Below are positions 21,251 to 32,907 of a DNA stretch of 64,000 nucleotides, piece by piece. The translations under genes and the position numbers were made by a program. The stretch's first letter is position 1; the number at the start of each line of letters is the position of its first letter. The stretch is from Squalus acanthias (taxonomy: Eukaryota), in the NCBI GenBank assembly GCA_030390025.1, contig CM059431.1:123754001-123818000 (forward strand), in the 5' to 3' direction. The notes below the pieces were generated by a model, which saw nothing but the letters and a program-made list of their open reading frames with translations, was not told the origin of the DNA and did not search any database.

Positions 21251-24200
21251 TTGGACAAGGTTGAATAGGTAATGTTGTTGTTGTAAATATGTGTTCACTG
21301 ATTATTAATAATATTATTAATTCAGTTTGGATTATTTTGTGATGTCTCTCATTTCAGCTTTGTGCTGTGAAATGACCTGTGACAGGGATGTAATGATGGG
21401 GATGTGGTGAGCAATGGGGATCTGGAGTTTAATTTATTGGAACCGCAGTCTGATGAGGTGGTCACGGACCGCATTTTTGGAAGGCCGATTGAGTGGCTGC
21501 CTTCTCCCTCGCTCCTGTTCCTCCTCCTTCTCTTCCTCCTCATCTTCCTCTTCCTCTTCCTGAGGTGGTCCCACAATCCCTGGTGGCAAGGGCTGGGCCT
21601 TCGTGATGGCCAAGTTGTGGCACGTGCAGCAGATCTCGCGAAAAGGGACACCCGCTCAGCCGAGTACTGGAGGGCTCCTCCCGCGCGGTCAATGCAGCGG
21701 AACTGTTCCTTGAGCACCCCAATGGTCTGCTCGATGATGTTCCTGTACGCGGCATGGCTCTCATTGTATGAGTGCTGGGCAGGAGTGTTGAGGTTGCGGA
21801 GGGGAATCATAAGCCAGGTGAAGAGCGGATAACCCTTGTCTTCGACTAGCCAGCCGCCAGCTTGACGTGGTGGCTGGTAGAGTGCTGGCACACTGGTCTG
21901 GTGCAGGATGAAGGCATCGTGGCTGCTGCCAGGATAATGGGCATTCACATTGAGGATTTGCTGTCTGTGGTCGCACACAAACTGCACCTTAAGTGAGTGG
22001 TAGCCTTTGCGGTTACGGAAAATCAAAGGTAGTAATCTCCGGATTACTCCCGGTGCCAAGTGCTGGTGAGTAAAGGAATAGAAGAATAGAACAGATGAAT
22101 GTGTGGCTGGAGAGATGGTGCAGGAGGGAGGGCTTTAGATTCCTGAGGAATTGGGACCATTTCTAGGGAAGGTGGGACCTGTACAAGCCGGACGGGTTAC
22201 ACCTCAACAGATCCGGGACCAATATTCTCGCGAGGAGGTTTGCTAGTGTTGTTGGGGAGAGTTTAAACTAGCTTGGCAGGGGGATGTGCACCAACCTATA
22301 GGAATAGAAAAGAGGAATAAGGTGCATAAAAGAGTGAATGTGTTGGATAGTACGAGAGAAGAAAGTAGTACATATAGGAAGTAGTACCATATTAGATAGG
22401 AGCAGACTAAGAAAGACTACAAAAAATTCAAAAATGGGTTTAGAATGCATGTACGTAAATGCACAAAGTGTGGTGAATAAGGCTGGTGAGCTACAAGCAC
22501 AATTAGCTGTGTGGCAATATGATGTTGTGACAATAACGGAAACGTGGCTTAAAAATGGTGAGAACTGGGCAATTAATATTCAAGATACAGGTGTTCAGAA
22601 AAGATAGGGAAGGAAAAAAGGGAGGTGGCGTGGCAGTGCTGATTAAGGAAGACATTGTAGTGTTGGAAAGGGAGGATGTTCTTGAGGGGACAAGGACAGA
22701 ATCCATTTGGTTAAACTTGTAGAGCAAAAAGGGTATGATCACGCTATTGGGGGTATTCGACAGGCCTCCAAATAGTGAGAGGGAGGTAGAGGAGCAAATC
22801 TGCAGACTTTAATCTGGGGGACTTTAATTACCCAAATATCGATTGGGATAATACTAGGGTAAAGGGAAAGGAGGGGGAGAAATTTCTGAAATGTGTTCAG
22901 GAGAATTTCCTTGACCAGTATGTTCTTGGCCCAACTAGGAAGGAGGCATTGCTGGATCTGGTGCTGGGAAATGAGTTGGGCTATGTCGACCAAGTGGATA
23001 ACACTTGGGTACGAGTGATCATCGTATCATAAGATTTAGATTAGCAATGGAGAGGAGCAAGGAACAATCTAGAGTGGAACTTCTAAACTGGAATAGGGCT
23101 AACTTCAATGGGATGCAAAAGCATCTAGTCAGGGTAAAATGGAACCAAAGACTGACAGGAAAAATTGTAACAGAACAATGGGTGATCTTTAAGGAGGAGA
23201 TGTTGCAAGTACAGCCTAGGTACATTCCAACATGAGGGAAGGGTAGGGGAAACAAAGCAAGGGCTCTTGGATGACGAGGGAGATAGAGAAGATGATGAAA
23301 CAAAAAAAGAGGGTGTATGATGCATGTCAGGTCAATTCTTCAAGGGAAAACCAGACCAAATACAATAAGTTGAGAGGGGATGTGAAGATGAAAATAAAAT
23401 TGGCAAAGAGAGAATATGAGAGTAGAATGGCAGTTAACATGAAAGGGAACCTAAAAATCTTCTCCCGGCATGTAAACAGTAAGCAGGTAGTAAGAGGTGG
23501 CGTGGGGCCTATTAGGGACAAAGAAGATGATAAATGCTTAGAGGCACAGGGAAAGGCTAGAATATTCAATGAGTACTTTGTATCTGTGTTTACTAAGGAG
23601 GTGGATGCTGACAAAATATCAGGAGAAGTGGAAAAGGTAGAAGCAATGGAAGGGGTGAAAATTGATAGACAGGATGTACTAGAAAGGCTGGGAATGCTTA
23701 GAGTGGATAAGTCACCTGGTCCAGATGGCTTGCATCCCAGGTTGCTAAGGGAATTGGGGGAGGAGATAGCAGAAGGGCTTGCCATAATTTTCCAATCTTC
23801 CCTAGATGCGGGAGAGGTGCCTGAGGATTGGAAAGTGGCAAATGTGACAACATTTTCAAGAAAGGGTGTAAGGACAATCCTAGTAACTACAGGCCAGTCA
23901 GTTTAACATCAATGGTGGGTAAAGTTTTAGAAACAATAATCAAGAAAAAATTAACGGGCTCTTGGAGAGGTGGTTTAAGCTAATGAAGGAGAGCAAACAC
24001 AGATTTGTAAAAGGCAGATTGTGTTTGACTAATCTAATTAAATTATTTGATGAAGTAACAGGGAGGATTGATAAAGGGAATGCAATAGATGTTATCTGTA
24101 TGGATTTTAGGAAGGTGTTTGACAAAGTACCGCATAGAAGGCTGGTTAGCAAAATTGAGGCTCATGGAATAGGTAGGTCAGTGGCAGCTTGGATAAGGAA

Positions 24201-25117
24201 TTGGCTTAAGGACAGAAAACAGCAAGTTGTGGTAAATGGCTGTTTTTCAGACTGGAGGATGGTCGACAGTGGTGTTCCCCAAGGGTCAGTGCTGGGGCCA
24301 CTGCTTTTTTTGACATATATAAATGACCTGGATATTGGAATACAGAATAGAATTTCTAAATTTGCCGATGACACCATACTTGGGGGTGTGGCAAACAGTG
24401 AGGATGATACCAATCGACTGCAACAGGACATAGAAAGGCTAGCAGAATGGGCAGACAAGTGGCAGATTGAATTTAATACAGAGGAGTGTGAGGTGATACA
24501 TTTTGGCAGAAGGAACAGGGAGAGGTAATATACATTTAATGGCACAGTTTTAAAGTGTGTGCAGGGACAGAGGGACCTGGGAGTTAATGTGCATCGGTCC
24601 CTAAAGGTGGCGGGACATATTGAGAGAGTGGTTAGCAAAGCATATGGGATCTTGGGCTTCATAAATAGAGGTATTGAGTACAAAAGTAGAGAAGTTATGC
24701 TGAACCTTTATAAAGTGCTGGTTAGGCCACAACTGGAGTATTGTGTCCAGTTCTGGTCACCACACTTTAGGAAGGATGTAAAGGCACTTGAGAGGATGCA
24801 GAGGAGATTTACCAGAATGGTCCTGGGGATTGGGGGTCTTAGCTACAAGGACAGGTTGGAGAAGCTGGATTTGTTTTCATTAGGGCAAAGGAGGTCGAGG
24901 GGTGATTTGATAGAGGTGTACAAGATTATGACGGGTTTGGATAGGCAAGACGGGGAAAGGCTGTTCCCACTAGTTGATGGTACAAGGACTAGGGGACACA
25001 GATTTAAGGTTTTGGGCAAGCGATACAGGGGGGATGTGAGGAAAAACTTTTTTATGCAGCGAGTGGTGAGGTCCTGGAACTCGCTGCCGACAGAAGTGGT
25101 GGAAGCGGAGACACTTG

Positions 25118-25918
25118 GGGCTGGATTTTGAACCCGCCTCCTTCGAGATGTGGCCAACCCACTGCATTTTCCCTTGATTGACCTTGTTGAGCCCGCCCAG
25201 TGGGCTCAGCAGGCCATGTAAGGGCCACCCGGCAACAGGTGACATCACAGACTGACATTTCATCTGTCAAGAGCTTTTGACAGATGAAATATCAGCGTTT
25301 GACAGCTCTGTGAAGCTGTCAAACACTGACAGTACGATTTCTAACTTCAGTCCTTCCTTTCAGGCTGAGTTAGAAATCATTCCAGCACAGAAATCAGAAG
25401 GCTGCTGTTTTTGACAGGTCCACAGCTTTCCTGCTTTCTGTGCTGGTGAGATTTCTAACTCCCGAGAACTGAAGGGCTGACACCTGCAGGAGGAAGTTAA
25501 GGTAAGTAAAACTTTTTCCAACACTTAGCACTTACCTTGCACACTTACCTCTGCACACATGCACCCATCACTCACCTGCCCACCGGACATATCGACCCCT
25601 CCAACCCCTGCAGACCCACGGCCCGCCCCGATAACTTGGCGTGGTTGCCACCTGTCGGGAAGCCCACACTTTTCCTTTTAAAATAGGGATTATGCAAAAA
25701 AACTGCCTGTTAACACCCTGTTAACAGGCAGTTAATTGTCACTAATCCCTTCCCGCCTCAGGGAGTCGGGTCTCAGACCAGGTCGGGTACCCACCGCCAG
25801 AGAAACTGGCATGGAGGCGGGTTGGAGTCGGGATGGGGTCGGGACCCCCGATTCTGCAACTTTAACCACCCCCCCCCGCCTGCAAACCCGACTCCACGGG
25901 TCATTGAAAATCCAGCCC
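25118..25918 (-). mobile_element. Harbinger-type MITE family X, diverged reverse copy
   Basis: TIRs GGGCTGGATTTT/AAAATCCAGCCC; same TGACAG hairpin block in reverse; inserted in CR1 ORF2 3' end; TSD imperfect. Confidence 0.85.
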
Positions 25919-26348
25919 TGGATGTTTTCAAGGGGAGGCACTTGAGGGAAATAAACCTGCAGGGCTACGGGGATAGAGCGGGGGAATGGGACTAACTGGA
26001 TTGCTCTACAGAGAGCCAGCATGGACACGATAGGCCAAATGGCCTCCTTCTGTGCCGTTGTGACTCTATGTGCTGGATTTTGATTCAGGGGCGGGCTAGG
26101 GTCGTGTAATCCGCATTTCGTGTTAGCCACCCGAATCTAAATCGATGTGTGAGATTGATGCGATTTTAACATAATTGGCCAATTGAGTTCCAACGTGTGG
26201 GAACCCATGGCCAGTGAGTTTTTACAGTCTGAAAGTCGCTTCCGATGACGTCATCATTGCTGCAGCATTTAAGGTCTGCAACAAGCCTTGCTTCCTCTGC
26301 AGACTGCCAAGCTTCTGCCTTTGCATGTTAGAGGCACCTGCAGGAAGA

Positions 26349-28295
26349 ATGGCCAGCCAGAGACCTAGGTCTGCACCTCGATTTGATGACGTCGCCCTGC
26401 AAGCTTTAATTGAGGGAGCCAGAGCTAATAAGGAGGTGCTCTTCCCTTCTTCAGGGAGGAAGAAGCCTTCCCATCAAACCAAGGCTGTGTGGATCCAGGT
26501 GGCAGAGGAGGTCAACTCGTTGTCCATAACCCGCAGAACCTGGCTTCAGTGCAGGAAGAGGTTTCATGACCTGCTGCGCACTGGAAAAGTGAGTATGAAT
26601 TTCCCATCACCCTCATTCTGATCCTCATTGCCTCTCCTCACCAGCACTCAGCTTTGACAACCTCTTCCTCCACATCCCACTTGACATGGACATCCCTGCA
26701 CCCTTACCCATTCCCTCTCTCTGTCTGGTCACATTTACCTAACTATTTGATTATGCAGCCCTCACACTCCCTATCGCTGTGATGCTATGAAAACAATCTT
26801 ACAACACACAGGAAGGGCCCATGGTCTTGCCACCTAACTCCAAATTTGTCTCCTTCTAACCATCAATGATATAGATTTCTCACTCAAACTCCACTTGTCT
26901 CCCTCATTGCAGGAAAAGAGAGCTCACAATAAGAGGGAAAGAGCAAGGACAGGAGGAGGGCCACCCTCAGTAGCCCAGCTCACCACCTGGGAGGAGTCGG
27001 TCCTGGAGATCATGGGAGTGGAGGAGGATGTGCAAGTGGGGGACGGACAGACGGGTGCATCAGAGCAAGCTGGTGACAGAATAGTTTATCATCTCTCTCA
27101 TTGACATTGCATGAGTGACTGATAATGATTCTGATGCTCCAGCAGACTGACTTATGATCATCTGCAATATGCAATGTGCATGTAACCTTGGACTCACATC
27201 TCTGACTCTTTCCTTTACTCCCCCCCAGGACCATCGCAAGCAGCTGTCCCCACCGTCCAGGTGGAAGTGCATGAGCCTCACCACTCCTCAGAGGAAGCTG
27301 CAATCTCTGAGGGCGCCGCATCAGCAGAATTCAGCGCACCCAGCACCAGCGCAGACACTCACACCTCGGAGGGAACATCGCGAGATAGAGTAGTGTTGTC
27401 ACCTGGTGTATCACAGCTCACAAGTGAGCATCAGCAGATAGTGGAGACAGGGACAACAGTGGAGAGTCCTAGTCAGAGGGCGCAGAACTCTCCTAGCTTG
27501 GCTCAGCTGCATGTTGACCCTCTGCCTCTGGGTCCATCCATAAGATCAGCAGTGCTGGAACTCCAGGAACAGATGCAGGAGTCTCTGGCATGTTTTGTCT
27601 CCAGGGTCACTGTGAGTGTGGAGCGAATGGAGGAGTCCATCGCTAACATGAGCAGAGCCTTTGTGGAGTCATTGGCGCATGAACGCATCACCACGGAAAG
27701 GATGGCAACCTCCGTGGAAAGGATGGCTACAGTAGAGGAGAGGATGGCTATGGCTATGGAGGAGATAAGTCGCCAGAGTGTAGAAAACATGGTCATTGTT
27801 CAGAATAGACTGGCATCTCTTGAGGAGCGATGGTCATCTATTGAACACAGAAACCAGACCTTCATGGAAGTCCTTCTGAGTAGGACTTCCAGTGCAGATA
27901 CGGGTCCTCATGGCCCCCCTGCAGTGCAGCAAGGTGCTGTCAAGCCACTTGCTAGCTCTGAAGTGGGGCTGACCCATGAGAGGGATGTTGGTGGCAGACA
28001 ACAAGGAAGTGGGGGCTCCTCTCCAAGCGCTCACACGACCAAGCCACTGCAAAGCCCTCAGTCAGAGCCCCACCAGAGTCCTCACCCAACTGAGATCGGC
28101 GTCTCAACCCCTGCACAGCCGCAGGAGCAGCAGACTGTTGCCGAGCCCTCACAGGCTCGCAACCCCAGAGAACGCCCGCCAAAGGTTTCGAGGAAGGAGC
28201 AGCAAGAAAGTGAGCAAGGGGCCTCCACATCTGCTGAAGCCACAGGGGAAGCACCATGTAGGAGCATGCGTAAAAGAAAAATAATGCACAAGTAG
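26349..28295 (+). CDS. Harbinger Myb/SANT-like DNA-binding protein; join(26349-26588,26913-27072,27229-28295), 488 aa
   Basis: GT-AG introns in phase 0 and phase 1 keep one open frame. N-terminal domain APRFDDVALQALIEG...VWIQVAEEVN...RTWLQCRKRFHDL, then EKRAHNKRERARTGGG, a coiled coil and a basic C-terminus. Confidence 0.85.
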
Positions 28296-28553
28296 TATCA
28301 AGGGTAGTCACTTGGGTGTTATGTTGTGTTTAATCTTGAAATGCCAGCACTTGCTTGGTGTGATTAAAAATTCTGCTGGCAAACTGCTGAAGTTGTGGCG
28401 TCTGTCATTTCGCAAATGGGACTTCCACATTGAGGGCTTAGGATGACTTGCAATTGTCAGTATGGTGGTCAGAGTGATAGTAATCCGCAGGTTCCTGGCC
28501 ATTGTCAATGGTCTGATAAGAAGGTGCGAGGTAAAAGTGTGTGATTGTGCAGG

Positions 28554-28796
28554 CTAAGCAAATCTGGTCAAGAGCGTCCCTTGCATCTCGGGCAGCAATG
28601 TGGACGCGCGCTGGCGCCTTCTGGCCTGTGCAGCTTCAGGTGGGTGAGGAGCAGCTTGGCACTCCTGTTGATGCTGCTGCTGCTGGTGGTGCTGTTGTTC
28701 ATGGTTCTGCTGCTGCCGTTCATGGTTCTGCTGCTGCCACGGCTGGTCTTCGTCCGAATCTGATGTCCAGGAGGAAAGGAAATAAATGGTTCCCAT
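28554..28796 (-). pseudogene. Harbinger transposase remnant: Q-rich N-terminus fused to the extreme C-terminus
   Basis: MG...SDSDEDQP+Q-rich matches the N-terminus at 43920. Another frame reads VHIAARDARDAL, matching the C-terminal AHIAARETRDGL near 42030. No DDE core between them. Confidence 0.7.
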
Positions 28797-31629
28797 GCTT
28801 CTGGTATATGCCTCAGTTGAGGAAGCGCTCAGTCAAGGTGGTGAGAGGGGTTTCCCAGGAGTTCACACTGGAGATGGGTGTCAGGCTCCAAACTTCCACA
28901 GCTGTGGTTATGCCATATAAAAGTTCCCCCAGACCTCAGAGAACAAAGTCCTGCCAACTGCAAATGATGGCTGATCACATCTCCTATTTTATGGTTGAGC
29001 TGCAGCTGATAGTCAGCAATCCAAATGTGTTACCGCCAGGTTTCACATTCGTGGTTCAGAACAGGCGTGCTTCACGTGGAAAAAGGGTTAAAATCACAAA
29101 GGCCTTTCAAAATGGCATTATAGAGGCAATTTAGTGCTTGTTAAGGGCCTTAACGGCCTATCCCGCCTCTTGGAGGTGGGACGGAGTCGGGACCAGCAGA
29201 CACGATTTAATGAAAATTGCGTGGAGGCGGGATGGAGGCGGGCTTGTGCCCGCCCGCCAGTTTTCGCAATTTTAACCCCCCACATGCCTCCAAACCCGCC
29301 TCCACGGCTCAATGAAAATTCTGCCCTATGACTCTATCTCAGGATTGTTATACGGTGCCCGCAAAACCACGTGGGTGCAGTCAATGGCGTCCTGTACCAT
29401 GGGGAAGGCTGCTATCCTGGCAAAGCCACATGCACATTCGTTCTGCTTCTCTCTAGTGATGAGGAAGGAAATGTAATCCCTTCTCCTACTGTAGAGAGCC
29501 TCTGTGACCTCTCGGGTGGAGCGATGGATGGCGAACTGCGAGATGTTAGCTATGTCTCTTGTTGCAGACTGGAAGTTTCCGCTGGCGAAGATATTGAGGG
29601 CGACGGTGACCTTGTCTGCCACTGAGAGAGCCGTGGTCACCCTAATCTGAGGCTCGCGGTCTGGTTGAAGGAGGTAGCAGAGTTCTGTGGTGACCACCTT
29701 CTTGCTGAAGCAGAGCCTTCTAGTACACTGCTCCTCGCTTAATTAGAGGTAGGAGAAGTGCTCTCGGAATACCCTCGGAGAGTAAGGCCTCCTGTTGAGA
29801 GCCCTGATGGCCCTCCTCCTCCCTCTGGCCACATGTTCCAATCTTTCTCGCTGCCTCCGCTCCCTCCACCGTAGATCCTGGAGGGCGAGGGCGACTGCCA
29901 GTACAGCCCCCATTAATGTAACCAAGTGTAGCACTTTGATATGTTGTGAGAATAAATGTAACTAATTGTTAGCAGCCACAACATTCCTGATACTAAACAA
30001 CCTTTAAATGACTGAATTAAACTGTTGCACAATGTCAAACTGACAAGGAAGCAGTGAAACAGCACTAACATGACAGCTGCGACTCATTACTCATGATCCC
30101 TTTAAGTAGCGCCCCTGGAGCTGGCATCTGCCTGCTTGACACCTCCTCTCCCTGTTGCTGTCGGGGTGAGGCACTAAGGCAGGGGGGCGACAATGAATTT
30201 TGCAGATCGGGCGCCCGGTGAGTGTTGCACGCTCACTGACATCACGCTCTGCCTGCCGCTGAGGTCCCCGGTGATAACTCATAGCGGCAGCTCTATGGGG
30301 GGGGGGGGGGGGGCAGATTTGGCATGCGTCGCTGGATTCGCCTCGCTCCAGTGCTACTGCATCAGTGCCCCATTAGCACCCCTGCCAAGCTCTAACTTGA
30401 GGCACTAAACAACTGAATTTTTCCCCATTCAGGAGAGAGTTCTCGAGGGTAGAGATATAATGGCTGAGAGAGTGGGAAGAACAATGGGTGATAGGGCATA
30501 CAGATGAAGCAGATAGGGTAGGACCAAACCATGAAGAGATTTGAAAATGAGGTCAAGGGTCTTAAAAACAATTCATAGTGATGCAGGGATCCAGAACAAC
30601 TTGGTAAGGTTCCGGCTGGGAGAGGTGTGGAACTTTGTACAAGTGATGAGGTTGGCAGCAGTGTTCAGAAGGTGTTGTAGGGGTAGAGGCAGGAAGCGAT
30701 GGCTTTGAGAGCATCTGTAAAGGTAAAGCGTTAAGATATTAAAGTCATTGATTAGTATTGTTAGATTTGGTATTGTTCCCAAAGATAAGACTAAAACAAC
30801 AAGGTGTAGTCCAACACTTCAAAGAGCTGATTTTGCACCCATTGGAAGAGTTCTAGGGAAAATTAATTGGGAAATCACATCTAAATATAGATAACAGAAG
30901 AAAATATAACACATTTTAATGCCATTATACCAGAAGAAAGGAAGTGCATTCCATTTAAAAGAAATAAGGAACATAGCAAGACCTAGACTACAATGGTTTA
31001 CTAAGGAGATTCAGAACGCTGTTACCTACGTCACCATCCCCACAAAGTCCTGCACCCCTTTTAGCTGCATTCTTTCCCGCCTCCATCCCAATCAATCCCA
31101 GGTTAAGCCTGCTTGAGTGTTTCACTTTGTGCTAAGCTATTTTTAAAATTGCATATTTCCTCAAATCAGAACCACTTCAAGAAAAAAACCTAACAAACAA
31201 GTAGAAGATACAAGGAAACCAATAATGGGAAAAATTAAGATTCATACAAAAGGCAACGGCAGTAAATTGAAAATTAAGTGAGAAATGGAGGGACAAATTG
31301 CAGGGGCAGCAAGATGCACCCAAAAATTGTTTACATTTTACAAATGTTTTGGTCTTCACTATCTGTGGGGAATTCTGCTGGAGCGGATCGCCTGCCCATT
31401 GTAGAACCCACTCAATTTTCATTCTATCAAAATCAATAGAAAGAAAATCACATGGGTTCTACAATGGATGGCCAATCCACTCTGCTAGATTACCATCCAG
31501 GCGATGAAGATGAAAATTTGCCTCTATGTTGATAGCAGAAGGGAGGTCAACAAACACTTGGTTCCATTTAAGGGTAAATTGTACACAACTATTACAGGTG
31601 ATCAGGATATGGCAGATGTATTGATTATA

Positions 31630-32200
31630 CATTGATTTATTGAGTTTCAAACTCCATATCCTATCAATTATCAAGACTGCTGACTTCCACTACTGCAACG
31701 TCACAAGTCCCTGCCTTTACTTCACCTCTGTCACTGCTGAAATTATTATCCACACCTTTGTTACCTCCAGACTCAACCACTTCAATATACACCTTGCTGG
31801 CTTCCTGAGCTCCACTTTACAAACTCTCCAACTCGTCCAAAATCCTGTCACCAAAATCCTGTTCTGCACCAAGTCCCACTCACCTGTTACACCTGTCCTT
31901 GCCATCTTTCTTTGGTCCCCTGTCCTCCAACATATTGAATTCAAAACCCTCATTCTCATAGTTCACCTTTGTGGCCTTATCCTTCTCTACCATCAGACTA
32001 TGTCCAAGCCCATCCCTCTGGCCCTTTGATGCTGGCCTCTTGGGCATCTCAGTCTCACGTCGCTCCGCCATTAGAGCTTCAGCTATCTTGACACAACTGT
32101 TGGAAGTCCCTCCCTGAACATTTACACCTTGATATCTCTCTCCTCACCTCTAAAAGCCTTCTTAGAACTTATCTTTTACACCATGCTTCTGGTCATTTCT
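31630..32200 (+). mobile_element. L2 LINE 3' fragment
   Basis: IIHTFVTSRL...LQLVQN...SPVTPVLA...W: L2 ORF2 C-terminal signature. Confidence 0.8.
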
Positions 32201-32907
32201 CCTAACTTCTGTATTATTGCTCATCGTATGTTTTTAAATTCTAATGCAGGGGGGTGGGGGGGGGGGGGGGTAGGGGCCTTTACGGTATTAAAGGTTGTTC
32301 ATATCAATTTTTATGAAGAATTGTACACAAATTCAAATCATAGTAAATGGGGCTAAGTGAGCCAAAGCATATATAGAAATTAATAAAGAATGTATAATGC
32401 AGAAACTTAAAACTTTAAGGGGTAAAAATTCACTTGGTTGCGCCTCCCGTTAGCGCCTTAAGAGGGCGCTAATGGGGCGTTAAGCCGCTAACGCCCGGGC
32501 GCAGCGATGTTTGCGCCGCTCGAGAACTTAACTTGAGATTGTGCGGCGGCGCTAAAACTTACCGCTGCGACCACCTGCGCGCGCAGATTGTGACGTCATT
32601 CCATGGTGCAACGGCCTTGGGGCGCCCCGGAGCGGAAATTGAGTGGCGCCCCCTGCCTTACCGCCTGGCGCTTCCAACGACCGGAAGACTGGAACGTTAT
32701 CAATCGGTGTGGGGCTGGGGGGGGCGCTATTTAAAGGGGGCCTCTTCCTGTCTTTTTCTGTGGTCGACATTTATGCACCACTCGTTCTGAGAGAGAGAGA
32801 GAGACTTCTACATTGACTCAACGCTTTGTGAGGTAGTTTTGCCTATTCATCCTAACTTTGTTGCTACTTTAGTTGCTGTACCTCATTACTTTTCTGGCAA
32901 AGAGAAT

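Larger units (their letters stand above)
26070..29326. mobile_element. Non-autonomous Harbinger carrying an intact Myb gene and an internally deleted transposase
   Basis: TIRs GTGCTGGATTTTGATT/AATGAAAATTCTGCCC; TSD TAT (26067-26069, 29327-29329). Confidence 0.88.
22024..29336 (+). mobile_element. Degenerate CR1 (copy E): ORF1 3' half plus whole ORF2; tail split by the Myb-only Harbinger (own segments 22024-26069, 29327-29336)
   Basis: KVVISGLLPVP...DGLHLN ORF1 end; endonuclease and RT motifs with stops; (GACTCTAT)n tail on both sides of the insertion. Confidence 0.88.
21430..29913 (-). pseudogene. Harbinger transposase pseudogene split into 29913-29337 and 22023-21430
   Basis: MGAVLAV...RRPYSPRVFREH...DAIDCTHV...NPE in the first part; FRNRKGYHSL...DKGY...IEQTIGVLK in the second. 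Confidence 0.88.
19519..30426. mobile_element. Degenerate Harbinger element 2 with nested CR1, MITE X and Myb-only Harbinger
   Basis: TIRs GGGGAGAAATTC/GAATTTTTCCCC; + Myb gene and - transposase are convergent; TSD not clean. Confidence 0.75.
19330..30720 (-). mobile_element. Old L2 LINE 3' fragment (segments about 19330-19518 and 30427-30720) split by Harbinger element 2
   Basis: The minus strand encodes LQHLLNTAANLITCTK...LFWIP, typical of an L2 ORF2 C-terminus; the two flanks read as continuous. Confidence 0.55.
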
